Origin: a virus
Taxonomy: Duplodnaviria; Caudoviricetes
DNA: 64,000 bases
Direction: 5' to 3' (one strand)
IMG/VR virus record: IMGVR_UViG_3300033066_001917
Location: 32,001-96,000 of that record
A program made the position numbers and the translations under genes. The notes under the pieces are model-generated. The model did no database searches, was not told the DNA's origin, and saw only the letters and a list, made by a program, of their open reading frames with translations. Below are positions 1 to 8,565 of the stretch, in pieces. Numbering within the stretch: position 1 is the stretch's first letter; each line of letters opens with the position of its first letter.

Positions 1-83
1 GACACAACGATAGAGATGGGCGGGGCACCAATCCCAATAGGACGGTTTGATAGAATCACATTCAGGTATGGTCATGCAACCTG

Positions 84-389
84 TTACTGGCTAGACCAAG
101 AATTTAGCCACTCTTTCAGATCTCCCCCATCGATCAGGTAAAGAATCAGCTCTCGAAGGGTATCCCCATAAGAGAACCATTCTCCCCGAAGGCGGGAGGA
201 GACGAAAATCTGGTGAAGTAAAGTTTCATCTTCCCGACTACCACGGGTCTCCACCAGGACTCTTAGGGGCGATGAGTTAAAAGTTTGCCCCTCTGATCTT
301 CGAGCCCCAACTTTGCGACGAGTATACCCAATTTTAACAGGACCCTCTGGAGGATCCGCTTGAATGAAGTATACGGTTGGAGAATCCAT
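84..389 (-). CDS. GIY-YIG family (T5orf172/MUG113-like) nuclease-domain protein
   Basis: VYFIQ...VKIGYT...E..LH..F...RLRGEWF pattern. Confidence 0.8.
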   Translation of the reverse strand: MDSPTVYFIQADPPEGPVKIGYTRRKVGARRSEGQTFNSSPLRVLVETRGSREDETLLHQIFVSSRLRGEWFSYGDTLRELILYLIDGGDLKEWLNSWSSQ

Positions 390-600
390 AACCCTGGCTT
401 ACGAGGGTTTGGTAACCCGAGCGCGAAAATAGCACAATGATATTCTCGCATCGAGAATAAGTCGCTTTTCATTCTCGATGAGAATATCCGGGGCGTTTAG
501 AGAACGCAACTCCTCAAGTCTTGCACAACGACGAGCAAGGATTGACCACCATTCTCTCTCCGTGCGTGGAACAACTGGAGATGGGGTAGGGACAGAGAAT

Positions 601-930
601 TTATTTGTTCGATCCGGGATCACCCTCCACACTACCCGGATTGCAGTTAGGGCAAGAGGTAGCGAAGTGTGGGTTGCCCCCATGATAGAGACCCCGACCA
701 CACAGTGCCCCGCACGGTGCACGGTGCTGGACCATTGTATCCCCGAAATTGTAAGAGGCCGCAACTTTGCAGGTTACCCCGCAAAGCTCGCACGGATGAG
801 TATGACCAACGCCGAAAAGGGTGGGGTAAAACGCACGGAAAATTGTTTCCATTTTTTCTGATGTCCGAACCATTTCGGGATATGGTACAAGGAATGAGCG
901 AACCAGATTTTCGTAGTCTTGTTTTGTCAT
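601..930 (-). CDS. hypothetical protein with CxxC pairs
   Basis: ORF tiles with its neighbours; CELCG, CGALC, CPNC. Confidence 0.55.
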   Translation of the reverse strand: MTKQDYENLVRSFLVPYPEMVRTSEKMETIFRAFYPTLFGVGHTHPCELCGVTCKVAASYNFGDTMVQHRAPCGALCGRGLYHGGNPHFATSCPNCNPGSVEGDPGSNK

Positions 931-933
931 TTG

Positions 934-1191
934 TCACTCCGCCGCGATCATGAGAGAACGAGCCTCATACTTATCCAGAACGAACTCATCGGTCCCAGCC
1001 CAGGCAGTTAGAACCATTCGGCGGATAAGGTTATTGACCAAATTAACCTCATCGGAGTCTCCCTGGAGTGTACCCATTGGAGTCCCAAAGCATACCTTGA
1101 AAGGAACTCGTAGGACACACTGCGTTCTCGGAGACGTTACAAGAAGGTAACTGGATTCAGTGTTGAGACTGATGGGGTACCAGACACCCAC
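934..1191 (-). CDS. hypothetical protein
   Basis: ORF tiling. Confidence 0.5.
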   Translation of the reverse strand: MGVWYPISLNTESSYLLVTSPRTQCVLRVPFKVCFGTPMGTLQGDSDEVNLVNNLIRRMVLTAWAGTDEFVLDKYEARSLMIAAE

Positions 1192-1371
1192 TTATGAATC
1201 ACTTTCGCTATCATCGGACGAAATAATAGACCCCACGATAGAACAGAGGGCTTCGAGGATGTCCACGAAAATATCGAAGCCCCACGAAGGGGATGTACCG
1301 GAGGAGCCTCGAAGCATCCAACCGAGAATCAGGAGGAAGAGAATGACACAAATGATGATGAGAATTTCCAT
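1192..1371 (-). CDS. small membrane protein (59 aa, MEILIIICVILFLLILGW...)
   Basis: translated by hand; below the ORF-track cutoff; hydrophobic N-terminus; fills the gap. Confidence 0.5.
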   Translation of the reverse strand: MEILIIICVILFLLILGWMLRGSSGTSPSWGFDIFVDILEALCSIVGSIISSDDSESDS

Positions 1372-1398
1372 AGTTACCTTCCAGCGAAAAGCCTACCC

Positions 1399-1656
1399 CT
1401 AACCAATGTCCATCCCTGCAGCCCGCCACTCGGCGATGCGAGCGTCGCGTACACGATTCGAAAGCTCCGGGTACCGAAGGCGGGAACTACCATCAGGGGT
1501 AAACATAGGGAGAGCCCCACGAGCCGCGCGGCGGAGATCAACCGCGCGGTTGATCTCCGCATAGAGACGAGTGCGAAGAGAATCCCCCTTGGGACCAACA
1601 GGAGCCTCGAAGAAAGCTCTTCGCAGAGAAGGAAGGTTGTCCGAAAGATTTTCCAT
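1399..1656 (-). CDS. hypothetical protein
   Basis: GAGG RBS before the ATG at 1656; ends in TAG. Confidence 0.6.
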   Translation of the reverse strand: MENLSDNLPSLRRAFFEAPVGPKGDSLRTRLYAEINRAVDLRRAARGALPMFTPDGSSRLRYPELSNRVRDARIAEWRAAGMDIG

Positions 1657-1663
1657 GGCTACC

Positions 1664-1831
1664 TCAGATGGTATAGCCGCTTTTGAAGGTTTTGACGGTA
1701 GCACCAGAAGGTGCCACCACTGAATATGTGTGGGAGGGGTACTTAGAAGACAACCACCGTGCGAGACGGCGGGATCCATCGTAAGACCGAAAACCCGGAA
1801 CCGAACCTCGACTGCTACGGATCGTGAACAT
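1664..1831 (-). CDS. small hypothetical protein (55 aa)
   Basis: translated by hand (MFTIRSSRGSVPG...); GAGG RBS; fills the gap. Confidence 0.5.
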   Translation of the reverse strand: MFTIRSSRGSVPGFRSYDGSRRLARWLSSKYPSHTYSVVAPSGATVKTFKSGYTI

Positions 1832-1837
1832 AAAACC

Positions 1838-2278
1838 TCAGGCTTTGATGGTGAGGGGGCGAGGCCAGTGGGGGGGCCATTGCGCGAAGGAGGAAGCGAT
1901 CTGGAGAGCCATCTTCGCGACGGTATCCGCCGGAACCATGTGCAGATTCCGCTGCGCAGCCACCGCTGGGTCCACGTCCAGGTGAATGAACTTGACCGTA
2001 GCCCCGACCATTTCGGCGAGAGCCACGTAGGGGGCGAGGTTCACGAGGTTCGTGTTCGTATTGTCCACCACGATGTCGAGCCCGCGATGAAGTGCCGCGA
2101 GGTACTTCCGGAGGGCATCCGCGTGGGCCTCGCCCAACTTACGCGGGTCGAAACGATAAACTCCGTCCGGGCCCGTGAAGTAGTGATCAGCGCTGATCAC
2201 CGTGTTGCCCGGGAGTTTCTCCCGAATGTAGGTGGACTTGCCGGAACCCGAAACCCCGATCATGAGAGTGACGATCAT
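1838..2278 (-). CDS. P-loop kinase, AAA_33 / polynucleotide-kinase-like
   Basis: GVSGSGKST Walker A, SADHYF, IVVDNTN; ATGA overlap with the upstream gene. Confidence 0.85.
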   Translation of the reverse strand: MIVTLMIGVSGSGKSTYIREKLPGNTVISADHYFTGPDGVYRFDPRKLGEAHADALRKYLAALHRGLDIVVDNTNTNLVNLAPYVALAEMVGATVKFIHLDVDPAVAAQRNLHMVPADTVAKMALQIASSFAQWPPHWPRPLTIKA

Positions 2279-2487
2279 ACGTGTGTAACTCCATATTCGA
2301 CGATGTAGCCAATGCGATCGAGGTACTCCAAGTAAACCTCGATTTGACGTTCCGTGCGGGAAACCAGAAGAAGGCGCTGGAAATCCGAGAAGGACATTCG
2401 GCCCTCGGAGAGGGTCCACGCTGGACCATCATCAAACCACACCCCGGGTTCATGCCTCGTGACTTGAAGGAAGTTGTCAGCACTCAC
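2275..2487 (-). CDS. hypothetical protein
   Basis: 4-bp overlaps with both neighbours. Confidence 0.6.
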   Translation of the reverse strand: MSADNFLQVTRHEPGVWFDDGPAWTLSEGRMSFSDFQRLLLVSRTERQIEVYLEYLDRIGYIVEYGVTHV

Positions 2488-2732
2488 AGGAGCTCCGACA
2501 AAAGGTAGAAGTCCACCATGTGAAGGCGGGCGAGGAGATCCGAGAGCTCCCCCTGGGGAAGCTTGTAGCTCTCCACCAGGAACGGAGTCGCGTAGGGGTG
2601 ACCCAACGGAAGGCGGGCGAGGAGAGTGTCGCGCACTTCCTCTTCGTCCAACCCCGCCTGGGTTGCCAGACGAAGCAACTGGGAAAGGCTGTAGACAACC
2701 GCAAGGGGCTCGGGGGAGCGGAGATTTTCCAT
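2484..2732 (-). CDS. hypothetical protein
   Basis: GAGG RBS; first gene downstream of the promoter motif at 2751-2777. Confidence 0.65.
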   Translation of the reverse strand: MENLRSPEPLAVVYSLSQLLRLATQAGLDEEEVRDTLLARLPLGHPYATPFLVESYKLPQGELSDLLARLHMVDFYLLSELL

Positions 2733-2750
2733 GACGTTTTCCTCACCCTG

Positions 2751-2777
2751 ATATCGATTGAGTGTGTTCGAAACCAA
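2751..2777 (-). promoter_or_regulatory. putative phage promoter TTG-N18-CGATAT
   Basis: one of 9 copies, each upstream of a gene start. Confidence 0.7.
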
Positions 2778-2931
2778 CCGAAATCTTCACCCGGCGTTTT
2801 TACGCACGGGATAGTTGATTCGAATCTTGGTTTCGGGTGGAAATCGGGACCGAACCAAAAAATAAGCCAGAGCCAAACAGATACCCCAGAGAAAAAGAAC
2901 GTAGATCATGGGAGGTAATCCTTTCACCCCC

Positions 2932-2958
2932 ATATCGACCAAAGGTAGGCAACCCCAA
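2932..2958 (-). promoter_or_regulatory. putative phage promoter TTG-N18-CGATAT
   Basis: motif copy upstream of a small ORF starting at 2909. Confidence 0.65.
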
Positions 2959-3005
2959 TTCTAAAATAGCCCAATCCAATTATCTACCTGTAAGGTAATG
3001 TAGTT

Positions 3006-3254
3006 ATGAGTACCCAATGGTCGGATAAAAAGGTTGCGTTTCATCAAGAGTGGTCCCGGGCAATGGAGGGTAGGTACTACATGCGTGGGGACAAGAAAAA
3101 GTGGTTTGCGCTTGAGCAACACTTTCTCGCTGCGGAATTGAAAGGGGACCCGGCGATGGACTATTATCTAGATTGCGCTCGAAAGTTCTGCGAGGAAACC
3201 ACAAATGGATACGCCGAATGGCCAAATGGGAAACCGTGGTTTTTAGTGGATTGA
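3006..3254 (+). CDS. hypothetical protein
   Basis: first ORF of the plus-strand block. Confidence 0.6.
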   Translation: MSTQWSDKKVAFHQEWSRAMEGRYYMRGDKKKWFALEQHFLAAELKGDPAMDYYLDCARKFCEETTNGYAEWPNGKPWFLVD

Positions 3255-3268
3255 GTGTAGAGTGGGCC

Positions 3269-3565
3269 ATGGATGAGGGTAGAAAATTCGACTCCGATAA
3301 ATTAAGGTATTCTCTTCTCCCTTGGGAAGCTGTTCAATCAACGGTTGAGGCTTTGGAGTATGGAGCCAAAAAATACGCAGTAGATAACTGGAAACATCTC
3401 CCCAACCCGGAGACTCGCTTTTTCGACGCCGCCATGCGACATCTTCTTGCATGGCATTCTGGGGAAGAAATGGATTCGGAGTCTGGGTTACCACACTTGG
3501 CTCATTGCTCGTGTTGCATTCTTTTCCTTCTCTGGTTTCAACTGACCAAAGTCCGTTCCCGGTGA
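3269..3565 (+). CDS. dATP/dGTP diphosphohydrolase domain protein (DUF5664-like)
   Basis: KFDSDKLRYSLLP...YGAKKY..DNW...AAMRHL.AW..GE..DSESGLPHLAH signature. Confidence 0.88.
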   Translation: MDEGRKFDSDKLRYSLLPWEAVQSTVEALEYGAKKYAVDNWKHLPNPETRFFDAAMRHLLAWHSGEEMDSESGLPHLAHCSCCILFLLWFQLTKVRSR

Positions 3566-3588
3566 GAAGCCACTAAGCCAGCTTCTTC

Positions 3589-3840
3589 GTGAACACTTCG
3601 GGAAAATCCCCCTATCAGGTATATCTCTACCCAACCCCTCCGAATTTAGCACGGTTTAGCCGGGCTCTTTTCAGAACTGGGGCTTCCCTTACCAGCACCA
3701 GGATACCCGAAAAAGCAGCTCACCCATGGTCTGCTTTGGTGTGGATACCCAAAAATCTGGTTGGGACTTTCCGGTCAATTTGCCTTCCGGAAAAAATTGA
3801 CGAAGTTCCCCTGTCGGCAGTAGGGGCGCGGTGGGGGTAA
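3589..3840 (+). CDS. hypothetical protein
   Basis: ORF tiling. Confidence 0.5.
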   Translation: MNTSGKSPYQVYLYPTPPNLARFSRALFRTGASLTSTRIPEKAAHPWSALVWIPKNLVGTFRSICLPEKIDEVPLSAVGARWG

Positions 3841-3843
3841 GCC

Positions 3844-4095
3844 ATGGGAGACCCTATGGAAACCGTTTTGACTACCTACGCCAGTCTTTTGGAACCGGAC
3901 ACCCCGTCGGACCTTAATTCCGATATGTCAGTTTTTCTCCTCGCCCTAGACCTTCATGGTCACGGTGGTATGGCCACCTGGGTTTGGGAAATGGTCACGA
4001 TGGCTAAACATCTTCGTGGAGAGGAATACGGCAGGAGAATCCTGAACACCTACCTGTCAATTGCGTTCTGCAACTCCAGCTTTGGTAAATGCTAA
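3844..4095 (+). CDS. hypothetical protein
   Basis: ORF tiling. Confidence 0.55.
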   Translation: MGDPMETVLTTYASLLEPDTPSDLNSDMSVFLLALDLHGHGGMATWVWEMVTMAKHLRGEEYGRRILNTYLSIAFCNSSFGKC

Positions 4096-4096
4096 A

Positions 4097-4729
4097 ATGG
4101 AAATAGAAAAAGGAGAGGACGGACTATGGTGGGTTGTTAAAGAAGGAGTTCGGACAACTTCGTTCACAACCAGAACGGAAGCCCGATTGTACCTAGGGCT
4201 ACCTACAACTTTAAGGTACGTAAATCCAGGTGACTTGGATGAAGCTTATTTTGATCGCCTCAGTCCCATAGAAGCTAGGATAGCATCCTTAAGGCTTCGC
4301 GGGGCAAGCCAATCAGAAATCGCGATTCAGGTCAACGTCACCCAACCTACCGTCGCCTATCACCTCCGCAAAGCAATTTGGAGAACTAGAATCCTCAAAA
4401 AATGCCCTGGTCTGGATCTGAAAAGTTTAACCGGACCTTTACAGGAGATTGTAGGGGTCAAGGACGCCGAGCTATTTTTGGATTTTGTTGCTCTAGCTTC
4501 CCAGTCTAAAGTATCAAGGAAGCATGGCCGAACACAAGGATTTGTTCGCCACAGAATCAAGAGGGTAATACAGATCTTAGAAGGCCATGAGAAGTTTGCT
4601 CAACTTCTAGAAGCCGCCCGATTGCGATTCAGGCACCCAGGGGCGTTCCGAGTCAGCACCGAACCAAACGAAGAGTTTGGTGATACTCAGCTTGCAGTGC
4701 GGACACCTTCTCGTCCATTGACTGAATAG
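4097..4729 (+). CDS. HTH DNA-binding protein (sigma region-4/LuxR-like, two HTH segments)
   Basis: LSPIEARIASLRLRGASQSEIAIQVNVTQPTVAYHL and SQSKVSRKHGRTQGFVRHRI. Confidence 0.7.
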   Translation: MEIEKGEDGLWWVVKEGVRTTSFTTRTEARLYLGLPTTLRYVNPGDLDEAYFDRLSPIEARIASLRLRGASQSEIAIQVNVTQPTVAYHLRKAIWRTRILKKCPGLDLKSLTGPLQEIVGVKDAELFLDFVALASQSKVSRKHGRTQGFVRHRIKRVIQILEGHEKFAQLLEAARLRFRHPGAFRVSTEPNEEFGDTQLAVRTPSRPLTE

Positions 4730-5105
4730 CCCGAAGTGCAGAGTTCTCCTTATTCACAAGGTGGTTGATGGCGGACTCCGCCAAAGCCACGACGTGTTTA
4801 CAAGCCCGCTTACGATTGGTCCAGTCTGGACAGGTGCAGTGGTGGCCCGTTGAAGGAAGAAACGTAATTCGTGTCTCCCAACCATTGAGGGTGGTGCCAC
4901 GAAAAGAATGAACCTCCCCATTGATTGTCTCCACCCGGAACAGGGAGATCCCCACATCTTTAGCCCTGGAGATGACCGCCGGATCCGCGCTGGGAATAAG
5001 ACGATCTCGAAGGATCCCACGGAGTTTACCCAACGATTCAGCCGCCATCACGAACCCGGCGCGAAGTGTTGGAAGATCGGGAGAGGCAGGGTAGGATGTT
5101 GTCAT
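4653..5105 (-). CDS. SWIM zinc-finger protein
   Basis: CTCPD...ACKH motif; start uncertain. Confidence 0.7.
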   Translation of the reverse strand: MTTSYPASPDLPTLRAGFVMAAESLGKLRGILRDRLIPSADPAVISRAKDVGISLFRVETINGEVHSFRGTTLNGWETRITFLPSTGHHCTCPDWTNRKRACKHVVALAESAINHLVNKENSALRAIQSMDEKVSALQAEYHQTLRLVRC

Positions 5106-5646
5106 GGGATACTGGTCTCTTACGGACGAGCAGAGGATCCTGCTACAAAAAATCGTGTTCAAAAGGAACGTTTTGGATCTTGGGGCGGGGGACCTGACCC
5201 TATCCGAATGGTGCCTTCGTGCCGGAGCGGCATCCGTCACCGCCGTAGACACTTACCTGGATCGCCGACGAATTGAAGGGGTGATTCCTGTGTCCTGTAG
5301 GTTTCAGACCTACCTAGAACAGACCGTGGGTGATCCGCCTCATGATGTGTTAGTTCTATCCTGGCCAACCCGTTACGAATGTCTTGGATTGGTGGATCTT
5401 TTGAAAAAACACCCATGTGTTGTGTATCTTGGGAAAAACACAGATGGCCAGTGGAGTGGAACTCCTGGTATGTTTGAGGTTCTACAAAAAAGAGAAATTC
5501 TCCATCATATTCCGGATACGAGAAACACAATGCTCGTGTACGGTAATGAACCCGTGGATCGATCCCCCGTTTTAGAGGAAAAAGCTGGTATGGATCGAGA
5601 GAACCTGTATTTTCAGGATTCAGAGAAAAGGACAAAAGATGCGTGA
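5104..5646 (+). CDS. class I SAM-dependent methyltransferase-like protein
   Basis: VLDLGAGD motif I followed by VTAVD; overlaps the thyX start. Confidence 0.7.
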   Translation: MGYWSLTDEQRILLQKIVFKRNVLDLGAGDLTLSEWCLRAGAASVTAVDTYLDRRRIEGVIPVSCRFQTYLEQTVGDPPHDVLVLSWPTRYECLGLVDLLKKHPCVVYLGKNTDGQWSGTPGMFEVLQKREILHHIPDTRNTMLVYGNEPVDRSPVLEEKAGMDRENLYFQDSEKRTKDA

Positions 5647-7492
5647 AGTGACTTTGGTCAAGGAGCCGACCATCATCCCTATTTTCCAGATGGCAGTTAT
5701 CCCCGAAGGAATGGAAGACTTTTATGAGTGGTTGGGCACCTATCGCCCCGAATGCCTCCCGGATCCTCCAGAGGGACAAAAAGGTGGATGGATGGATCTT
5801 TTCCCCCATGGTGGGGTGGAGATGGACGACTTGGGTCAGGAGAGAGAGCTAACTGGGAACGAAATGCTCGTAGAGTTCGCGGGGAGAAAATGCTACGATG
5901 AACACACCGAAGTTCTGACTCAAAATGGATGGGTTCGGTTTCCCAATCTCCAGAAAGGGAGTGCAGTAGCCGTTTTCTCTCAGGAGAAAAACGAAATTGT
6001 TTTTGAAGTGCCCACCGAATATATCCAGAAACGGCACAAGGGTTCGATGTACTGCGTTGAATCCAGAGCATTCTCCATTCGAGTAACACCAGACCACGAT
6101 CTGTTTTGTCGCCGAAAAGGTGTGTGGGGATTTGCTCCGGCCGAGGAGCTCGTAGGGAAAAAGTATGGGGTTAGGAGAGCCGCAACTTATGAGGGATCTG
6201 GATTCCAGAGTTGCTGGCCAGTACCCAAGGGAAAAGAAAAAGAGTGGGCAACCTTCCTTGGGTTCTTCTTGTCCGAGGGTTCCATTGTTGATGGAAAAAA
6301 ATATAAAACAGGATCGAGGGTGATTATCTATCAGAAACATGATGCAAGTGACCCCATCCTCGAAGCAGCCAGGGCACTGGGATTGAAACCGACAGTCAAA
6401 ATTGACGGGAGAAACAACGTAGCCGCGATAACGATTGGAAACACGCAACTAGCTAACTTGCTAGCTGAGAAATGTGGCGTTGGAGCCACCGAAAAAAAGA
6501 TCCCAAGAGAGGTTTTTGAGTGGCCAGTTAACATCCGCGAGGCTCTTCTAGATGCCCTCATGGTGGGAGATGGGACAACCACGAATGGACATCGGGTTTA
6601 CACGACATGCTCGGAGAAACTTGCTACAGATGTCCAGCAATTGATCCTCATGCTGGGGCGACCGGGGTCCATCTCATTCAGCGACCATGGTATCCGAACC
6701 CCATACCCAACCAGCTTCAAAAGCAATCATCCCATTTACCGGGTCCGAGAGGGGAGCCAGGTTGTTGCCACCGTCAACAACAAGGACCAACATGATTGGA
6801 CCCAAGAAGAGGCAGACGAAATTGTCTACTGCGTGACAGTGCCAAATCGTATTTTAGTCGTCCGTCGCAATAGAAAAGTTTTCTTCTGCTCCAACTGCTA
6901 CGACTCTTTTGGGACCAAAGCTGGGAGGAGAACAAACGCCTCCTACATCGAGCACACCCAACAAGGGATCATTCCGCATAGGTCCATCAAGTACCATGCG
7001 AAAATGACATTTTTCATATCTGGCATCTCGTGGCGAGTCAGTCACGAATTCATACGGAATTATGTCGGTAGCGATAGGGACCAGGAAGGATCCCCCTCCG
7101 AGGAATCCACACGCTATACTTTCCACCCTGGTCATTTCGTGATCTCCCCCAGAGATATTGAGGAGGGTAACGAGGAGTGGTTCCGAGAAGCAATGCAAGC
7201 ATCGTATGATCGTTATTGCCAGTATGTAGATACCGAATGTCGTAAGTATCAGGAAAGAACTGGTGCAGAACCGAAAGGTATGGACCGGAAGAGGATCTAC
7301 GAATCAGCCGCTGGCTATATGCCAAAACAGGTTTCTACTTCACTGGTATGGACAACGAACCCGGAAGCTCTGAAAAAGCTGTTTCTAGAACGAACGGATA
7401 ATTCAACAGATCTGGAATTCCAAAGATTCGCCAAAAAATGGCAAAAACTGTGTTGCGCCAGATGGCCCAACCTATTCCCAAAGGTAGGATAA
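5639..7492 (+). CDS. thyX: FAD-dependent thymidylate synthase ThyX-like protein containing an intein
   Basis: exteins read LVEFAGRK|CYDSF...TNASYI.H...H.S..YHA..TFFISGIS..VSHEFIR...SEESTRY, collinear with actinobacterial-type ThyX. Confidence 0.82.
   Translation: MREVTLVKEPTIIPIFQMAVIPEGMEDFYEWLGTYRPECLPDPPEGQKGGWMDLFPHGGVEMDDLGQERELTGNEMLVEFAGRKCYDEHTEVLTQNGWVRFPNLQKGSAVAVFSQEKNEIVFEVPTEYIQKRHKGSMYCVESRAFSIRVTPDHDLFCRRKGVWGFAPAEELVGKKYGVRRAATYEGSGFQSCWPVPKGKEKEWATFLGFFLSEGSIVDGKKYKTGSRVIIYQKHDASDPILEAARALGLKPTVKIDGRNNVAAITIGNTQLANLLAEKCGVGATEKKIPREVFEWPVNIREALLDALMVGDGTTTNGHRVYTTCSEKLATDVQQLILMLGRPGSISFSDHGIRTPYPTSFKSNHPIYRVREGSQVVATVNNKDQHDWTQEEADEIVYCVTVPNRILVVRRNRKVFFCSNCYDSFGTKAGRRTNASYIEHTQQGIIPHRSIKYHAKMTFFISGISWRVSHEFIRNYVGSDRDQEGSPSEESTRYTFHPGHFVISPRDIEEGNEEWFREAMQASYDRYCQYVDTECRKYQERTGAEPKGMDRKRIYESAAGYMPKQVSTSLVWTTNPEALKKLFLERTDNSTDLEFQRFAKKWQKLCCARWPNLFPKVG
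5891..6895 (+). mobile_element. intein (335 aa) with LAGLIDADG homing endonuclease
   Basis: block A CYDEHTEVLT, block B VTPDH, LAGLIDADG motifs FLGFFLSEG and LLDALMVGDG, block F VYCVTV, C-terminal CSN followed by Cys+1. Confidence 0.92.
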
Positions 7493-7496
7493 GAAC

Positions 7497-7826
7497 ATGA
7501 CGATGAAGAAAAACGACGTTATCAAGGAAGTAGCTCGCCGGAGTGGCCGAACCATTGAGGAGGTCACCTCGGTCCTAGAGCACCAAGCAGCGGTTCTCGC
7601 CGAAGCTCTGGTGCGGGATGGTGCGGTAAACGTGCCCGATCTAGGCAAAGCCAAGAAGGTTGTACGTAAGGCCGTAGCGGCTCGGCAATCCGTTAACCCC
7701 AAGACTCGGGAGCCCATGGTCATCCCCGCTCAACCCGAAACGGTCAGCTTCAAACTGAAGCTGAACAAGGGTTTCTCGGACAGGATTGACGCCGTGGGCG
7801 CCACAGCCCAGGCCCCAACAGCCTGA
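7497..7826 (+). CDS. HU/IHF-like histone-like DNA-binding protein
   Basis: MKKNDVIKEVA...VNVPDLG...AARQSVNPKTREPMVIPA. Confidence 0.9.
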   Translation: MTMKKNDVIKEVARRSGRTIEEVTSVLEHQAAVLAEALVRDGAVNVPDLGKAKKVVRKAVAARQSVNPKTREPMVIPAQPETVSFKLKLNKGFSDRIDAVGATAQAPTA

Positions 7827-7838
7827 AGGTTCTGACCT

Positions 7839-7880
7839 GGAAAAGTGGCCGGATTGGGAAACTGATCCGGCCACTTTTCC
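7839..7880. terminator. 16-bp stem hairpin between HU and tmRNA (probable terminator)
   Basis: GGAAAAGTGGCCGGAT...ATCCGGCCACTTTTCC perfect inverted repeat. Confidence 0.7.
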
Positions 7881-7904
7881 ATTTGTATAGGTAAGACTAA
7901 ATAC

Positions 7905-8278
7905 GGGATCGACAGGTTTCGACAGAGGAGTAGATAGGAAAGAGTTGTAGCCGTTGATGCCGGGGACAACGTTAACACCCCTGGTGACTCACAAATGCGA
8001 ACGACAACGACGTTCCTGCTTTCGCCGCTGCTGCCTGAGAGTAGCCGCTAGAGCCCTGAAGGTGCCACCCCTGCCGATGGATGTCCCTTCTTGAAAAACA
8101 AAATTGGATAGGCCGAAAGACAGGCGACGTGTCTTCCGGAGTAGAACCAAACAGACGCAACGGTCGGATAGAACCTGCCCCTGGGTGCTTCTGGCAGTAG
8201 ACAAATCAGCGGCAAGGCTACAAACACTCTGAATTGACATGACTTTGGACCGGGGTTCGATTCCCCGCGATTCCACCA
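7905..8278 (+). ncRNA. ssrA: tmRNA, tag peptide ANDNDVPAFAAAA (7997-8038)
   Basis: 5' GGGATCG pairs with 3' CGATTCC-ACCA including a G3.U wobble; T-arm GGGGTTCGATTCCCC; tag ORF ends AA-TGA. Confidence 0.95.
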
Positions 8279-8294
8279 AGGAAAAAAGCCACCC

Positions 8295-8543
8295 ATGAGA
8301 GTCCTCTTCAAAGCAGTCAGAGTTGACTTTTTCGTCGCCGACATTGGTGACACTCCTGTGCAAGATGTCATTGACGAACTAGAAAACGGCGAAGACCAGA
8401 CGGTGTCGGTCGAGACCGTCACCGTTGACCCAAAGACGCCCACGGATTGCGTATGGGACCCAAGAGATGGGTGTATGTACGATGTGGGTGCTAATGGAGA
8501 GGTTCCCCAATACTTACTATCGTACGAAGATGAAGACGAATAG
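8295..8543 (+). CDS. acidic hypothetical protein
   Basis: ORF tiling. Confidence 0.6.
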   Translation: MRVLFKAVRVDFFVADIGDTPVQDVIDELENGEDQTVSVETVTVDPKTPTDCVWDPRDGCMYDVGANGEVPQYLLSYEDEDE

Positions 8544-8565
8544 GGTCCTTGGGTAATATGAGGGG

